Below are positions 40,201 to 52,826 of a DNA stretch of 64,000 nt, one piece after another. Both the position numbers and the translations under genes were made by a program. Position 1 is the first letter of the stretch. The number at the start of each line of letters is the position of its first letter. The stretch lies in assembly GCF_009914755.1 (NCBI RefSeq), contig NC_060936.1. One strand, written 5' to 3'. The notes beneath the pieces were generated by a model, which had not been told where the DNA came from, searched no databases, and saw only the letters and a list, made by a program, of their open reading frames with translations. The DNA is from the human T2T-CHM13v2.0 reference genome, Homo sapiens.

Positions 40201-41039
40201 CTGTGTTTTTGTTTAATATGTGTAATACAGCTAAGTCTGAAAAGGTGGAAAAACATGGTTAAACTGATGAATTGGAATTAAAATCACACCTAATTTTTTC
40301 ACTAAATGTACATTCAAGTTAAAAGTATTAGCCTATACTTTGTTTGGCATAATATTTTATACAGCATGTTAATACAAGATTTTCTTTGACTTATTACTTG
40401 GGTCTGGTATTAATGTTACAAAGATTAGCTGTTGCTTTGGAATGAAAACATTGCAGTCCTACCCATACTCTACTTAGTAAGTCCCATTGTCCTTAGTTAA
40501 ACTCTTTGTATCTCTTATTTTTTTTAACCTGCACAATAGGAATAATATCCTGTGAACTCTGCTTCACGGTATGCTATGTTACATGAAATAAAATTAACCT
40601 GGCATATAGTAGGTTTTCAATAATGAATTTGAAAAGTATTCTTTAGATTACTCCTAGATCTGTAGTAGTGGTTACAGTGGCTGTTTCTTCTAGACTCAGA
40701 ATGCTCTAATGTTGACTATAGTCTTCTCTGTCTGACAGCTTGCCGGTACTTATCCTTTCTGCACAAATTGGCTCACCAAATTTGGGGCCTTCTGTAACAC
40801 CGTACACCCAGTTTTCCTCAAGGACAACTTAGAAAATTCCAACTGAAATTAAATCAATATTCAAGAATCTTTGAAAGGAAGCATTTTTTCATACTATTTC
40901 ATTTTGCTAGGAATTTCTCCGAAAGAGGTTTCCTGGATTTTATTATTCACAGATTGGAGAATAAAAATGTCCTTGTGAGAGGTGAGGGAGAGGTAGCTTA
41001 TTCTAAAACCATCAGGGAGGGATTCTTGGAATTCGATTA

Positions 41040-42420
41040 ATTCATTAACGCATATTGTCAATATTTACCGAATGATTACTATGAGGAGAATTATTTATGT
41101 TCTGATAATTTAGGGAAACAAGACAAGAATATCCATGCTTTTATTAACAAAAGACAAAAATAAATGAACAAATAAAGACTTGTAGAGATTGAATGGGGAT
41201 AGTGGTGAAATAGGTTTTAAAATAAATGGTTGTATCAGTCAGCTATTGCCACAAAAATGGTGTATAACAAGTGACTCCAAAAGTCAATTACTTTAAAGCA
41301 AATTATTTAACTCTGTTCACATGTCTCTGAATCAGCTAGGGTAACCCTGCTTTAAGCTCGGGAATCTCTCCCTTACATTGCAGGTGTGCAAGTCAGCTGG
41401 GGCAGCTTTGCTCCATATATCCCTCCTCATTTTGGGATCATCTGAGAAAAGAAAAGAGTTTCTCATGGCAATGGCAGAAGAGAGAAAGGGAAAGCCCTAT
41501 GTGTCAAGCACAAATCAAGTCTGTCTTTTTCTTATGTCTACTAACATCCCACTGGCCAAAGCAAGTCTCATTTCCTAAGTTAAAGTCAAAGAGTGAGGAA
41601 GTATATTTCATCCACTCTGGGAGGAGTAAGGGAATGAATATTTGATGAACAGTAATCACAGTTTTCATTGCAGATCTTTAACAAAAAAGCTTAGCATGTT
41701 GCACAAAAGCCAGAAGACCAATGTGCTTGAAACATAGGAACAGAAGGGGAGAATGGTGGAATATGATGATAGAGAGGAAGACAAAACCCACTCAGGTAGC
41801 ATAGGCCATCATTAGGCATGACAAGAGGAAACCTTTAGAATGTTTTAAGCAGAGAATGACAGGAATAGATTTACATTTTTAAAAACTTTTCTGGAGTTTT
41901 TGAAAGCTGAAAGGGATCAAGGTTGTAGGGAGACTACTCAAATGGTTATTATGGCAGCGCAGGAGAAAGGTGGTGGTGGCTTGGACTTAGGTGGCAAAAA
42001 TGACATAAGGAAAAGTAGTTAGATTTGAAATATATTTTGGAACAGACCTGCACCCCAGGGGGTTTTGCTAGCTTGGAAGTGGAGGGGAGAGAGAAACAAT
42101 GTAAATGGATTCTAGTTTTTAGATCTGTGCAACTCAGTAAATCATGGTTCTAATAATTGAAATGAAAAACTCTAGAGGGGCAGAAGATTATTAGAAAGAT
42201 GTTTGGAGGAATCAAAAGTTTTACTTTAGACAATAAGTCTGCCTAATGAAACTCCAAGTAGGGCTGCTAATGAGGTGATTGCATATACAATTTGAGTAGT
42301 CAGAGATACAAACTTGGAGGTTATTAGGAAATAGATAGGATTCAAAACCATAAGACTTATCAGATTCACTGGGAAAGCACAGTAAATTTAAAAAGAATCA
42401 TAAACCCAAGGAGTATGAAT
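41040..42420 (-). mobile_element. LINE-2 fragments interrupted by an MLT1-type LTR (41231-41660)
   Basis: L2 motifs (gttttaagcagagaatgac, gatttacatttt, ggtggcttggacttagg); LTR begins tgtatcagtcagctattgcc and contains cccactggccaaagcaagtc. Confidence 0.6.
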
Positions 42421-44250
42421 AATATAAAACCATTACATTCCAAATTTAACATGTAATATCTTCTTGAGAAAAAGAAAAAAAGTGTTTCACTGAATTTGCT
42501 CCTGATAGACGGTAGCTCAAGTACATCTGCTCTGTTTCAGGTATTGCAGGTGCTATGGAAATTTTCTTAGACTTTGTAATATTAAAAAAGAAAAGAGAAA
42601 GTTTTCTTATAATAAGAATTTGTCTCATTTATTACATTAGATAATTACACTAATTTATAAAACTAAGAAACATGAAAGAAGAAATTTGTCAGGAACATTT
42701 TTTTCTGTAATACTTTTATTTTGGTCTTATTCAAAAGGGAGACCTATAAGGAAAACTACCTGAGCATTACACATAATGGGTGGTGATTTTGTGAGTATTT
42801 ACATTTTTTCCTAGACACGAGAAGCAAGATTATAGGTGAAGTCAGCAATGGCTGCAATGTGGAGCATGGTTAGTTAAATACAGTAACTCATTAACATGTA
42901 AGTCCCAAGCAAACCGTATTTTGTAATTACGGTTTAAGTTGCAAAATATGCTTTGACTACAGAAGTCAGTCATCAATTTTTCCAGGTTAATTACCTATAT
43001 GGATGCAATAACAGAGATAGGAAGAGCTGAAAGGAAATGAGCTAGGAATTTGTAAGGATTATGGGCAAAGCAAGGTTACATGCAGATTGGGAAATTGAAC
43101 GTTTGTTTACATTTACCTAAATCTCCAAGGTTGGGTTATACACATCCTATGTGGGTGTATGCATGCACACATCCATCTGTATTTCTAGAAAATATACTTT
43201 AATTGAACAGAAAAATCAATTGGGTTCACAGACTTTGACATCATTATTTGTTCAGATGAATCAGAGTTACAGCTTCAAATGATAGACTCATTTATAGAAA
43301 TGGAGCAAACTCACAATTTATCTAAACATTCAGCTGATGATTGTACATGATCCAAGGACAATCTTCTTGAATGATTTTTTTAAAGTTAACATTTCCAGTC
43401 AGAGAGGAAAAGGATGATGAGAGAAAAGGCTGAGAAAACTGACTATAAAAGCTCACATAAAATATGAAGATTAATGATAACAAAAGAGTGTTAAAAGGTG
43501 TGGCTGAAAGAAACATTTAAAATTAAAACATGGAAAGGGCATGTAAGAAATTAAACGTAATCAGTATTTTCATTCAATTTAGTAAGTATGTATTGATCAC
43601 TTATGGATTATAAACCTTAGAAGTCAGAATGTTCTCCTTCTAGCAGTTTACAGTTTACCATAAACTGTATAAACAAACTACGGAGCATTTAACAGAAAAC
43701 TAGGAAAAATAGAAGTAGACGAGACTACTTTCAGGACTCAAACTTGGAAATGTTTTTGTTGATTAAGCCATAAAATACAGGATGATCATAGGAAGGTGAA
43801 GGGGAGATTCCAGGTTGTAAAAACACAACAGGCCAAGTTTCAGGTATTTAGGTTACCAAAAGATTGGAAAATCCTGGAAGCTGTTAATGAGGTATTAAAG
43901 TCACCAGAGCTATAGGAAAAAACCATAAGGAACTGAAAAACCAACCCTTGATCAGTTGGTTCCAGAGCTTGCCCTTCTCCAAACAAAATAAGCTTACAGA
44001 CCACTCTTTCTAACTGCCAATTCTTCAGGTGTCTCTGTTGATTATTTTCAGCAATTACCTAATAAAGGTCTGACATAAGTAACAGTACAAGCTTAGAAAT
44101 CTACCTACTTTAGAGATGTTGTAATCAACAGGTACCTAACAGGTAACATCCACTTAAGAAGGCCAACACAGGAATATTATTAAAGGACAATGCTTAAAAT
44201 CTTTATCAGATATTTTAAGAACTAGGTAACCCTTAGAAGGATCTAAGGTA

Positions 44251-44576
<326 letters not shown>

Positions 44577-46683
44577 TTAAAATAAAAACAGTTCACCCAT
44601 CTCCATAGCAAGGTGTCTACAATCCTGCATTAAAGGCATCATTTAGGAAGTTCGTAGGGTACTTTTTAAGTGGAAAAATACATACTTAACCTTTATCCCT
44701 ACAACAAATTGTTTTATTGGTTTATGTGTAGCTTGAAGGCATTAGATTAGAGCAAGAAACAAAAAGCCTAACACATTAAAGAAAATACCAATTAGAGGTC
44801 AAAGTTTATCTACATCATAATTTTACCAAAGTTATACATCTTTTTTCCCCAAAAGAAAAGTAGCATATAGCATCTATTTGAATTTGAATTATTTGACATA
44901 ACTTAATGTTTCCCCTATTCTTGAATATTTATCACATATCTCAATTTTCACATTAACAACTAATATCCATGTTATATATTTAAAATGAATTTCCATTAAT
45001 TCTTCTCCCCCTTTTTTCTAATTAATTAGGGATCAATTTTGTCAACATATTGAAGAAATCATCTGAGGAAAATAAGAATCACATTTCCTTTTTACTATTA
45101 GACTGCTATCACACATTTTAAAAGATCATTCTTTGTATTTGCAATTCAAAAGCAGAGAAAACAACTAATTTAATTATCATGCAAAGTATATATAATTTTC
45201 CCGATTTGTTAATCAAAGTGGCTTTAAGAGGATTCTGTCACAAAGATGCTCTGATAGTAACAGGAAAGTAAGCACAAATCCTCACTGAGACTCTGTTAAG
45301 TGAAAACCAAGTGTTTCAAGCTTCCATTGCTCCCCCTAATGGTAGGAAAGCAGAAAACATCTAGACGTATGTATTTCACATTTGTCAACTAAATACTTTA
45401 CAGAAACCTTCCTCCATGTGAGTATGTTCAATATTGTGTTTTATGTAAGTTCAGAAAACAAACTAAAAGTAATAAATATATCAGTTATTATTAAATTTCT
45501 GGTATTATATGAAAGACTCCTTGCTATTCTAAGTAATTATTAAATGTTTGGATTTAATCGCTTTGCTTAAGTTTTGGGTAAAGGTGAAAAAGTTAAACTC
45601 ATAGATTGTATAATATAAATCAATTATCTATAGGAACCAATCCTATTTTTTCTCAACTGTTACTACATGATTGATTTATTTAAAAATTAAACAAGACTCA
45701 GACAACTTTACATTCAAATATTCACATCTCTAACAGCACTGACTTGTCAAATTACCCCATGTATCTTGAAATGCTTACTACAAGAAGAAAGTTTTACTCT
45801 AAAAGGCATTTTGAACAATTTTCTTTTGAGAACTCAGACAAAGAATGGGTATCAGTGTAACTCATGAAATACATGAAGACTATCACAGAAAAGTGACTTT
45901 GGTGAATGGTGGTTATTTAGGATTGTCTCCTTTCCAAAAGTACAATCTCTTTTTTTATGGTGAAAAGAGTATTATAACAGGGAAAGAAAGCCGATGCAAT
46001 AGTAAAAACTGTTGAGAAGGGAATTATACAAAGAGTGAGACATGGCATCAAGAATGAATTCAAAAAGAGCAGAAAAATATAGGCATAAAAAGAGATAATG
46101 TACAGAAAAAAAGTCAGTGATACAACAACACAAATTTTTACCTGCTAGAATGTAAGTAATTTAGAGCTGGATTTTATAAACATGAAATTGTTTTTCTAAT
46201 ACATTCAACCAAAAGTCAGCACACATAGTTCAGTCATCTCTCATTACTTACAATAAAATATTTTCTATTTGTTAGGAAATAATATCTTATTCCCTGGATC
46301 TATTATTTCTTTTTATTGATTTTCTTTCTATTCTCTAAACTTAATTGCTTAATTTTTATAACTGATTCTCTGTCTCTATTCCATCTTATTCCAGCATGGA
46401 TTATTTAAAACCTGTATTAGTTTTGGAACCACTAAACATTTGCTCAGAAGTTTGAATTACCAGAGAAGCACCCTAACTCTTCAAGAACTTCCAAGCCTAA
46501 GGAATCACTGATTTCATGCATTCATCCTGGAGATTTTCCTTAAAAATTAGAAATAACAGATCTCATGTTTCACAAAATCAAAATGACAACTTTTGGAGTG
46601 GGGGAATGAGAAGTGGGAAAAGGATGATACTGGGGGTTCTTTGTCAGTATGCTGTATGTATGCTGTATGTCAGTGCAGTTGAA

Positions 46684-46744
46684 TGACTCCTTCTGTGCGT
46701 CAGAAATCCAAAGCAGCAGCAGCAGCAATTAGGGAAGATCGTCA
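46684..46744 (+). promoter_or_regulatory. NTS: NTS distal promoter AP-1-like and half-CRE motifs
   Basis: TGACTCC (one mismatch to AP-1) at 46684; TGCGTCA at 46696; CGTCA at 46740. Confidence 0.55.
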
Positions 46745-46880
46745 CTTTCACTCAAGGTTCAGAAATGGGGGAGGAGAGCAGGGGGGACAAAGGAAAAGGG
46801 GAGGAGAAAGCAGGGCAAAGAGGGGAGGGATGGAGGTGAAGATAGGGCACATCCTGCAAAGATAATGTCTGTAGAATCAA

Positions 46881-46888
46881 TGACATCA
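46881..46888 (+). promoter_or_regulatory. NTS: NTS proximal CRE/AP-1-like element TGACATCA
   Basis: TGACATCA ends 10 bp upstream of the TATA box; matches the described proximal CRE/AP-1 site of the neurotensin promoter. Confidence 0.8.
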
Positions 46889-46898
46889 TCCTCCTGCT

Positions 46899-46908
46899 TA
46901 TATATATA
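46899..46908 (+). promoter_or_regulatory. NTS: NTS TATA box (TSS expected about 46930-46935)
   Basis: TATATATATA about 140 bp upstream of the ATG, followed about 30 bp later by an Inr-like ctcatag. Confidence 0.85.
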
Positions 46909-47040
46909 GGGGAATGGCCAGAGCACCTCTCATAGTTCACTCACTTTCAAAGCCAGCTGAAGGAAAGAGGAAGTGCTAGAGAGAGCCCCCTTCAGTGTGC
47001 TTCTGACTTTTACGGACTTGGCTTGTTAGAAGGCTGAAAG

Positions 47041-47113
47041 ATGATGGCAGGAATGAAAATCCAGCTTGTATGCATGCTACTCCTGGCTTTCAGCTCCTGG
47101 AGTCTGTGCTCAG
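47041..47113 (+). CDS. NTS: Neurotensin/neuromedin N precursor, coding exon 1 (signal peptide)
   Basis: MMAGMKIQLVCMLLLAFSSWSLCS + G, then donor gtaagc at 47114; 73 nt, phase 1. Confidence 0.97.
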
Positions 47114-49277
47114 GTAAGCAAAACAGAATTTCACAACTCCCTGAAGTGATTTCTTTTTTCTCTTTTGCAGTGTGTTGCTACTTATGTTAATGTATCTGGG
47201 GAGAAGAGTTGCTCCCTTTTATTCAGGATTTACCTTTTAGTGACAGAAACTGAGTATCTCTTTCTCTGCCTTTATGATTACTGAGAGATGTATTTTCTCT
47301 TTTAAAATCTGCAAAGCAATAAAAGGGATTTCAATGAAACATTGCACGACCTCCTTTGGAATTCAACAACTAGAGGGAAAAAAACCCTACAAAACTTTCA
47401 ATTAGGCTGATCATTATCTAATGAGAAATACAGAGGCAGTGGCTGTCAACCTGCAAACCCATCATTAAATCCCATTCCATTCAAAATGTTTTACTCTCAT
47501 CCTCATTCATTCTCTTAGGAAGCGGTGGCCCTCACGCCCTTGTAATAGTCCCCGTATTATTTTCTTGTTTGTGTTAAGATAACAAATAAAGTGAAAATTG
47601 ATACTTAGTGAAAAATGAAGCATTATTTGTAGAAAATTATTTCTAGAAAAATACAAAAATATTCCAGATCCTTTTTGAGAACAGAATTTGCATAGTCTAA
47701 TAAGTGTGCTATTAATATAACTGTTTGGCATTTTTTCCATGCCATTTAAGTTAATACAAAATACAATTGGAAAATTGGTATTCTTATATTGATGGAAATT
47801 ATTTGACTTTAGAGTGTTTTGCATGTGGTTTGAAAGAAGTTATATAGTCCTAAGTATCTACGAATAACTCACTTTGAAAATAAGACTTAAATTGAAAGGT
47901 ATAACATGAAATATTACAACCATTGCAAAAGGCTCTACTTAATATTTAAGAAATATTACAATGAACACTTCAAAGGGAAAAGAACACATTAGGAAGCAAA
48001 TGCAGCAAAAATAATTTAACCTGTTCTGTGCTTTTATGTATCATAAATATGACATGGAAATGTTTAACTCAAACTCATGCTATCATTTGATTTAAATTAT
48101 GAAATTAAAATCTAAGAAGATATAAATGTGATTTATACAAAATTTTAAATTTATTTTAATCATCAGAACATAACTTTCAGCTTCTACTTTTTAAATCTTA
48201 TGAGAAAAAACAAACTTTTCTATAATTATGATTTTATCTGAAAGTTATATGAGATTAAAGATTCACATACTTCTGGAAGAAAAACTGGGTTATTGATTAA
48301 GCACTGTGTTTATTAACTTGAAACTACTTGTTGTAATAATGCAATAGTTATAAGGATTTTGGTATACATTGTTCATAAATTCCTAAAACAGATTATGTCT
48401 CTAACAAATAGTGAGAAAAGATCTCTTGTATAATTTAGGTTCTAGGTAAAATTAAGCCAATGGGTTCTCCAATTGTGGCATTTCTTTTTACTGAGTGTGT
48501 AGTACAAGGAAGATAGAGTCATTTTTAACTTTATTTTTATTATTGTATAGTATTTTCCAAATTTTCCTTCTCTGTAAAATATTCATTAACAGAAACTTGG
48601 ATAGAGTTTTTTAAAAATCCAGAGATCCATTTTCAATGCTGTTGTACATGTGTTGTTGAACAGCTCCACTTTTGCTTTAAACAATTTCCTTAAATGCCTA
48701 TGAAAAAATTAAGGATACATAATTTTGAATTCTCTTAAAGTACAAATACAATTCTTTCAACGTGTGTTTTGTAAAAAACATCTCAAGTTAAGTAAACCTC
48801 AGTATCTTTATTATTCTAAAATTATCAGTAAGCAATTCCCTTTGGTTTTGTCTTGAAAAAGTCTCTTGTATAGTCTTCATTATGTTGTGTTTTTAAATGT
48901 TAATATGCATATTTTCTATATATGTAAACTGTGGCTGGTAAGAAATAAGCTACTCTAGCATATTTGGTAAAATATGTGTTATACAATGTAATCACATTTT
49001 TAAAGCCTGAAATTCAAAGATTAAACAACTCCCAGTGATCAATAGCTGTCTGAAAAATAATCATATGCTTATTTTCTTAGAAGTGCTTCTACTATTTTAG
49101 CTTCCTATTATGCTAAAGTATAACTATAATTTGTTTTTTAGGATTACTATTTTTAAGAAAATACATAAGAAAGACACTAACCTCTAAGATTTTTTTTTAG
49201 ATTAACCTAAAATCTGTAGATTATGATATAATTATATGATATGTAATTATAGTAAACCTGATTTTGATTTTACTCAG

Positions 49278-49339
49278 ATTCAGAAGAGGAAATGAAAGCA
49301 TTAGAAGCAGATTTCTTGACCAATATGCATACATCAAAG
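49278..49339 (+). CDS. NTS: NTS exon 2
   Basis: tttactcag| DSEEEMKALEADFLTNMHTSK |gtaact; 62 nt, restores phase 0. Confidence 0.97.
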
Positions 49340-50154
49340 GTAACTTTTTCTTTTCTTTAACCCTGAGTTGAAGAACATATGAACTTTCATTATAAACATG
49401 GTATCCTTTTCCCATAGTAATAACTTCTCATCAAGATTGAAAAGTTCCTTGAGAGGCATTTCCTTTTTGAAAAAAAAAAATTTCTTTTAGTAAAAGAAGT
49501 TAAAGGTGTTGATATGACAGGCAAAGAAATTATAATTCTATCAATCAGCATGTTGCAATTTTAATTAATTGCCACACATATTTACTTGCCTGTAAATGTT
49601 TTTAAAGGAACTTGCTTCCATGCCTTTTACATTGGGTATGATGAAAGGTATATTGGTCTCAAGTTAAATGAAAACAAAGTGAGCTCTTTGCCTTTTTTAT
49701 TATATTGGGGGAAATAAAAAGGTGTTCCTAAATTAGAAATAAAAGTTCATGACAACCTGCAAAAGAAATGTAGTATAGAGGGGATAGCAATGGACTGGTA
49801 AGCAGGAGCATTGAGATCTAATCCTGAAACAGTGACTTATTAAATATTTTATCTTTAGCAAGTGGATTAGTTCACCTTGCTTACCTGTGTTTCCTTGTTT
49901 TTAAATGCAGGGATTGCAGTTCATAATCTTCTAGACATTTACCGTTCTACAATGTATTTAGGAATTACTAAACTGTACTCTTCATTGTATGTCTGGATTT
50001 AAATTCTCCCTATAACAAACATGTTATTTTTACATGTTCTTTTTTTTTTTTTTTTAATTGAGCCAAATACAACTTTGTATCCTGGGCCCTATTACTCCTC
50101 TATTGGGGTCTTGAAAGCCAGTTTTTAAAATTCCAATCTGTACCTAGGAATACG

Positions 50155-50348
50155 TTCTGGGGTACATGGGCAGGATGTGCAGGTTTGTTAGATAGGCAAA
50201 CATATGCCTTGGTGGTTTTCTGCACCTATCAACCCATCACCTAGGTATTAAGCCTAGCATGCATTAGCCCTTCCTCCTCCACTCCACCCTCTGACAGGCC
50301 CCGGTGTGGGTTGTTCCCCTTCCTGTGCCCATGTGTTCTCATTGTTTA
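50155..50348 (-). mobile_element. L1PA 3' UTR fragment in NTS intron 2
   Basis: ggtacatgggcaggatgtgcaggtttgtta...cccatgtgttctcattgtt. Confidence 0.85.
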
Positions 50349-50981
50349 GTACTCAATCAGAATACCAATGGCTACAACCTCTTCAGTTCAAAAATAGACA
50401 ACTGAAGTTAATAGTCCGTGTTAGAAAATGGGATAAGTTAGGTGTCTTGGTGTCTTGGTATAGGTTTACCTAATTCCCAGATGCAAGTTAATACATGAAG
50501 GTTCTATATAATCTGTGATGCTACCCATAACAATTATTAATGTGTGGAATGCATTACTAGCCTCATACTTTGTAATTGTCCACATTTAATAATACCATCT
50601 TTGTCACTGCTCCATTACATGTTAAGCTGAAATGTAATAGAGACAGAATAATTTTTTATTTTTAATTTTTCATCTGTGATATATATATCATTTATATATT
50701 TCTGCCATCATTTTAATTTCCTTGCTTTCTTACTTTGCTCTGTGTGTACACACATAAGTGCATGTATATGTGAATATAACTATTGCATTTTATTAAACAG
50801 AAGTTATGAGATATTGGCAGTATACAACTTTGTGAACTGATGTTACTAAATAAATAACACTATATTTATTAGACTGGAGTAGCAATTAGACCCTAAATGT
50901 GATGGTTTAGCACACTAGGAATTCATTTCTTGCTCATGTAACACAAGTTTTAATTGCAGGGGTTTTTTTAATATATTTCAG

Positions 50982-51206
50982 ATTAGTAAAGCACATGTTC
51001 CCTCTTGGAAGATGACTCTGCTAAATGTTTGCAGTCTTGTAAATAATTTGAACAGCCCAGCTGAGGAAACAGGAGAAGTTCATGAAGAGGAGCTTGTTGC
51101 AAGAAGGAAACTTCCTACTGCTTTAGATGGCTTTAGCTTGGAAGCAATGTTGACAATATACCAGCTCCACAAAATCTGTCACAGCAGGGCTTTTCAACAC
51201 TGGGAG
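50982..51206 (+). CDS. NTS: NTS exon 3
   Basis: tatttcag| ISKAHVPSWKMTLLNVCSLV...HKICHSRAFQHWE |gtatag; 225 nt, phase 0-0. Confidence 0.97.
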
Positions 51207-51660
51207 GTATAGCAATAACAAAATATTAATATGATTTTAGTTACACTAGTTAGCTCTCATTTATATTAATTTCTTAAATTCCCAATCATAATCATAACAA
51301 GAAGAGTTACAAGTATTGAAGAAGAACAAGCCATGTTTTGAAGTCAACATTGCTTCAGATCTTCAAAGTGTCCTTCAAATATTTGAAACTCAGCAAAATA
51401 TGTTTTTCTTCAATATTAAAAAGAGGATATATCTTAAGGCAGATTTGATCCACATGTTTTTATTATGCTTAAGTGGATGGCATGTTTAGACAATTTTTGT
51501 TGTTGTAGGTGGTGGCATGTCTAACAAATTTAAGCAACTCAAAATGTTGTCTTAGAAACACAAAGTCATATGTAGTGATCTATAAACAAACACAGAATAT
51601 AAAGTTTCCAAGTAAAACTGGAATAAAACATAAATATTTGTATTTAAATATATTAGGCAA

Positions 51661-52731
51661 ATAAAAATATATTTTTATGTATATAAAATATATTTTTATG
51701 TATATTTTAATGTACATAAAATATATTTTTATGTATATTTTATGTACGTAAAATATATTTTTATGTATATTTTATGTACGTAAAATATATTTTTATGTAT
51801 ATTTTATGTACGTAAAATATATTTTTATGTATATTTTATGTACGTAAAATATATTTTATGTATATTTTATGTACGTAAAATATATTTTATGTATATTTTA
51901 TGTACGTAAAATATATTTTTATATATATTTTATGTACGTAAAATATATTTATATATATATATTTTATGTACGTAAAATATATTTATATATATATTTTATG
52001 TATATTTTATGTATATTTTATGTATATAAAATATATTTTATGTATATAAAATATATTTTATGTATATTTTATGTATATAAAACATATTTTATGTATATAA
52101 AATATATTTTATGTATATTTTATGTATATAAAATATATTTTATGTATATTTTATGTATATAAAATATATTTTATGTATATTTTATGTATATAAAATATAT
52201 TTTATGTATATTTTATGTATATTTTATGTATATAAAATATATTTTATGTATATTTTATGTATATAAAATATATTTTTTGTATATTTTATGTATATAAAAT
52301 ATATTTTTTGTATATTTTATGTATATAAAATATATTTTTTGTATATTTTATGTATATAAAATATATTTTTTGTATATTTTATGTATATAAAATATATTTT
52401 TTGTATATTTTATGTATATAAAATATATTTTTTGTATATTTTATGTATATAAAATATATTTTTTGTATATTTTATGTATATTTTATGTATATAAAATATA
52501 TTTTTTGTATATTTTATGTATATAAAATATACTTTTTGTATATTTTATGTATATAAAATATATTTTTTGTATATTTTTGTATATAAAATATATTTTTTGT
52601 ATATTTTTGTATATAAAATATATTTTTATGTATATTTTATGTATATAAAATATATTTTTATGTATATTTACATATATTTAAAATATATATAAATAAAATA
52701 TATAAAAATATATTTTATGTATATAAAAATA
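51661..52731. repeat. AT-rich minisatellite (about 29-30-bp units) in NTS intron 3
   Basis: Repeats of aaaatatatttt(a/t)tgtatattttatgta(c/t)(g/a)t with variant blocks. Confidence 0.95.
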
Positions 52732-52746
52732 TAGAATAAGGATATA

Positions 52747-52826
52747 TTAGGTTAGTGCAAAAGTAATTGCAGTTTTTACCATCAAAAGTAATGGCAAGAA
52801 CCGTAATTACTTTCGCACCAACCTAA
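52747..52826. mobile_element. MADE1 (Hsmar1-derived 80-bp MITE)
   Basis: ttaggttagtgcaaaagtaattgc...gtaattactttcgcaccaacctaa; exactly 80 bp, palindromic, TA on both sides. Confidence 0.95.

Noticed and set aside
46841-46875. Glucocorticoid response element in the NTS promoter
   Set aside because: I could not place a convincing AGAACAnnnTGTTCT match from the sequence alone
51661-52731. CRISPR-like array, or the 97-aa ORF at 51869-52162
   Set aside because: Head-to-tail units with no unique spacers in a human intron; the ORF is just the translated repeat
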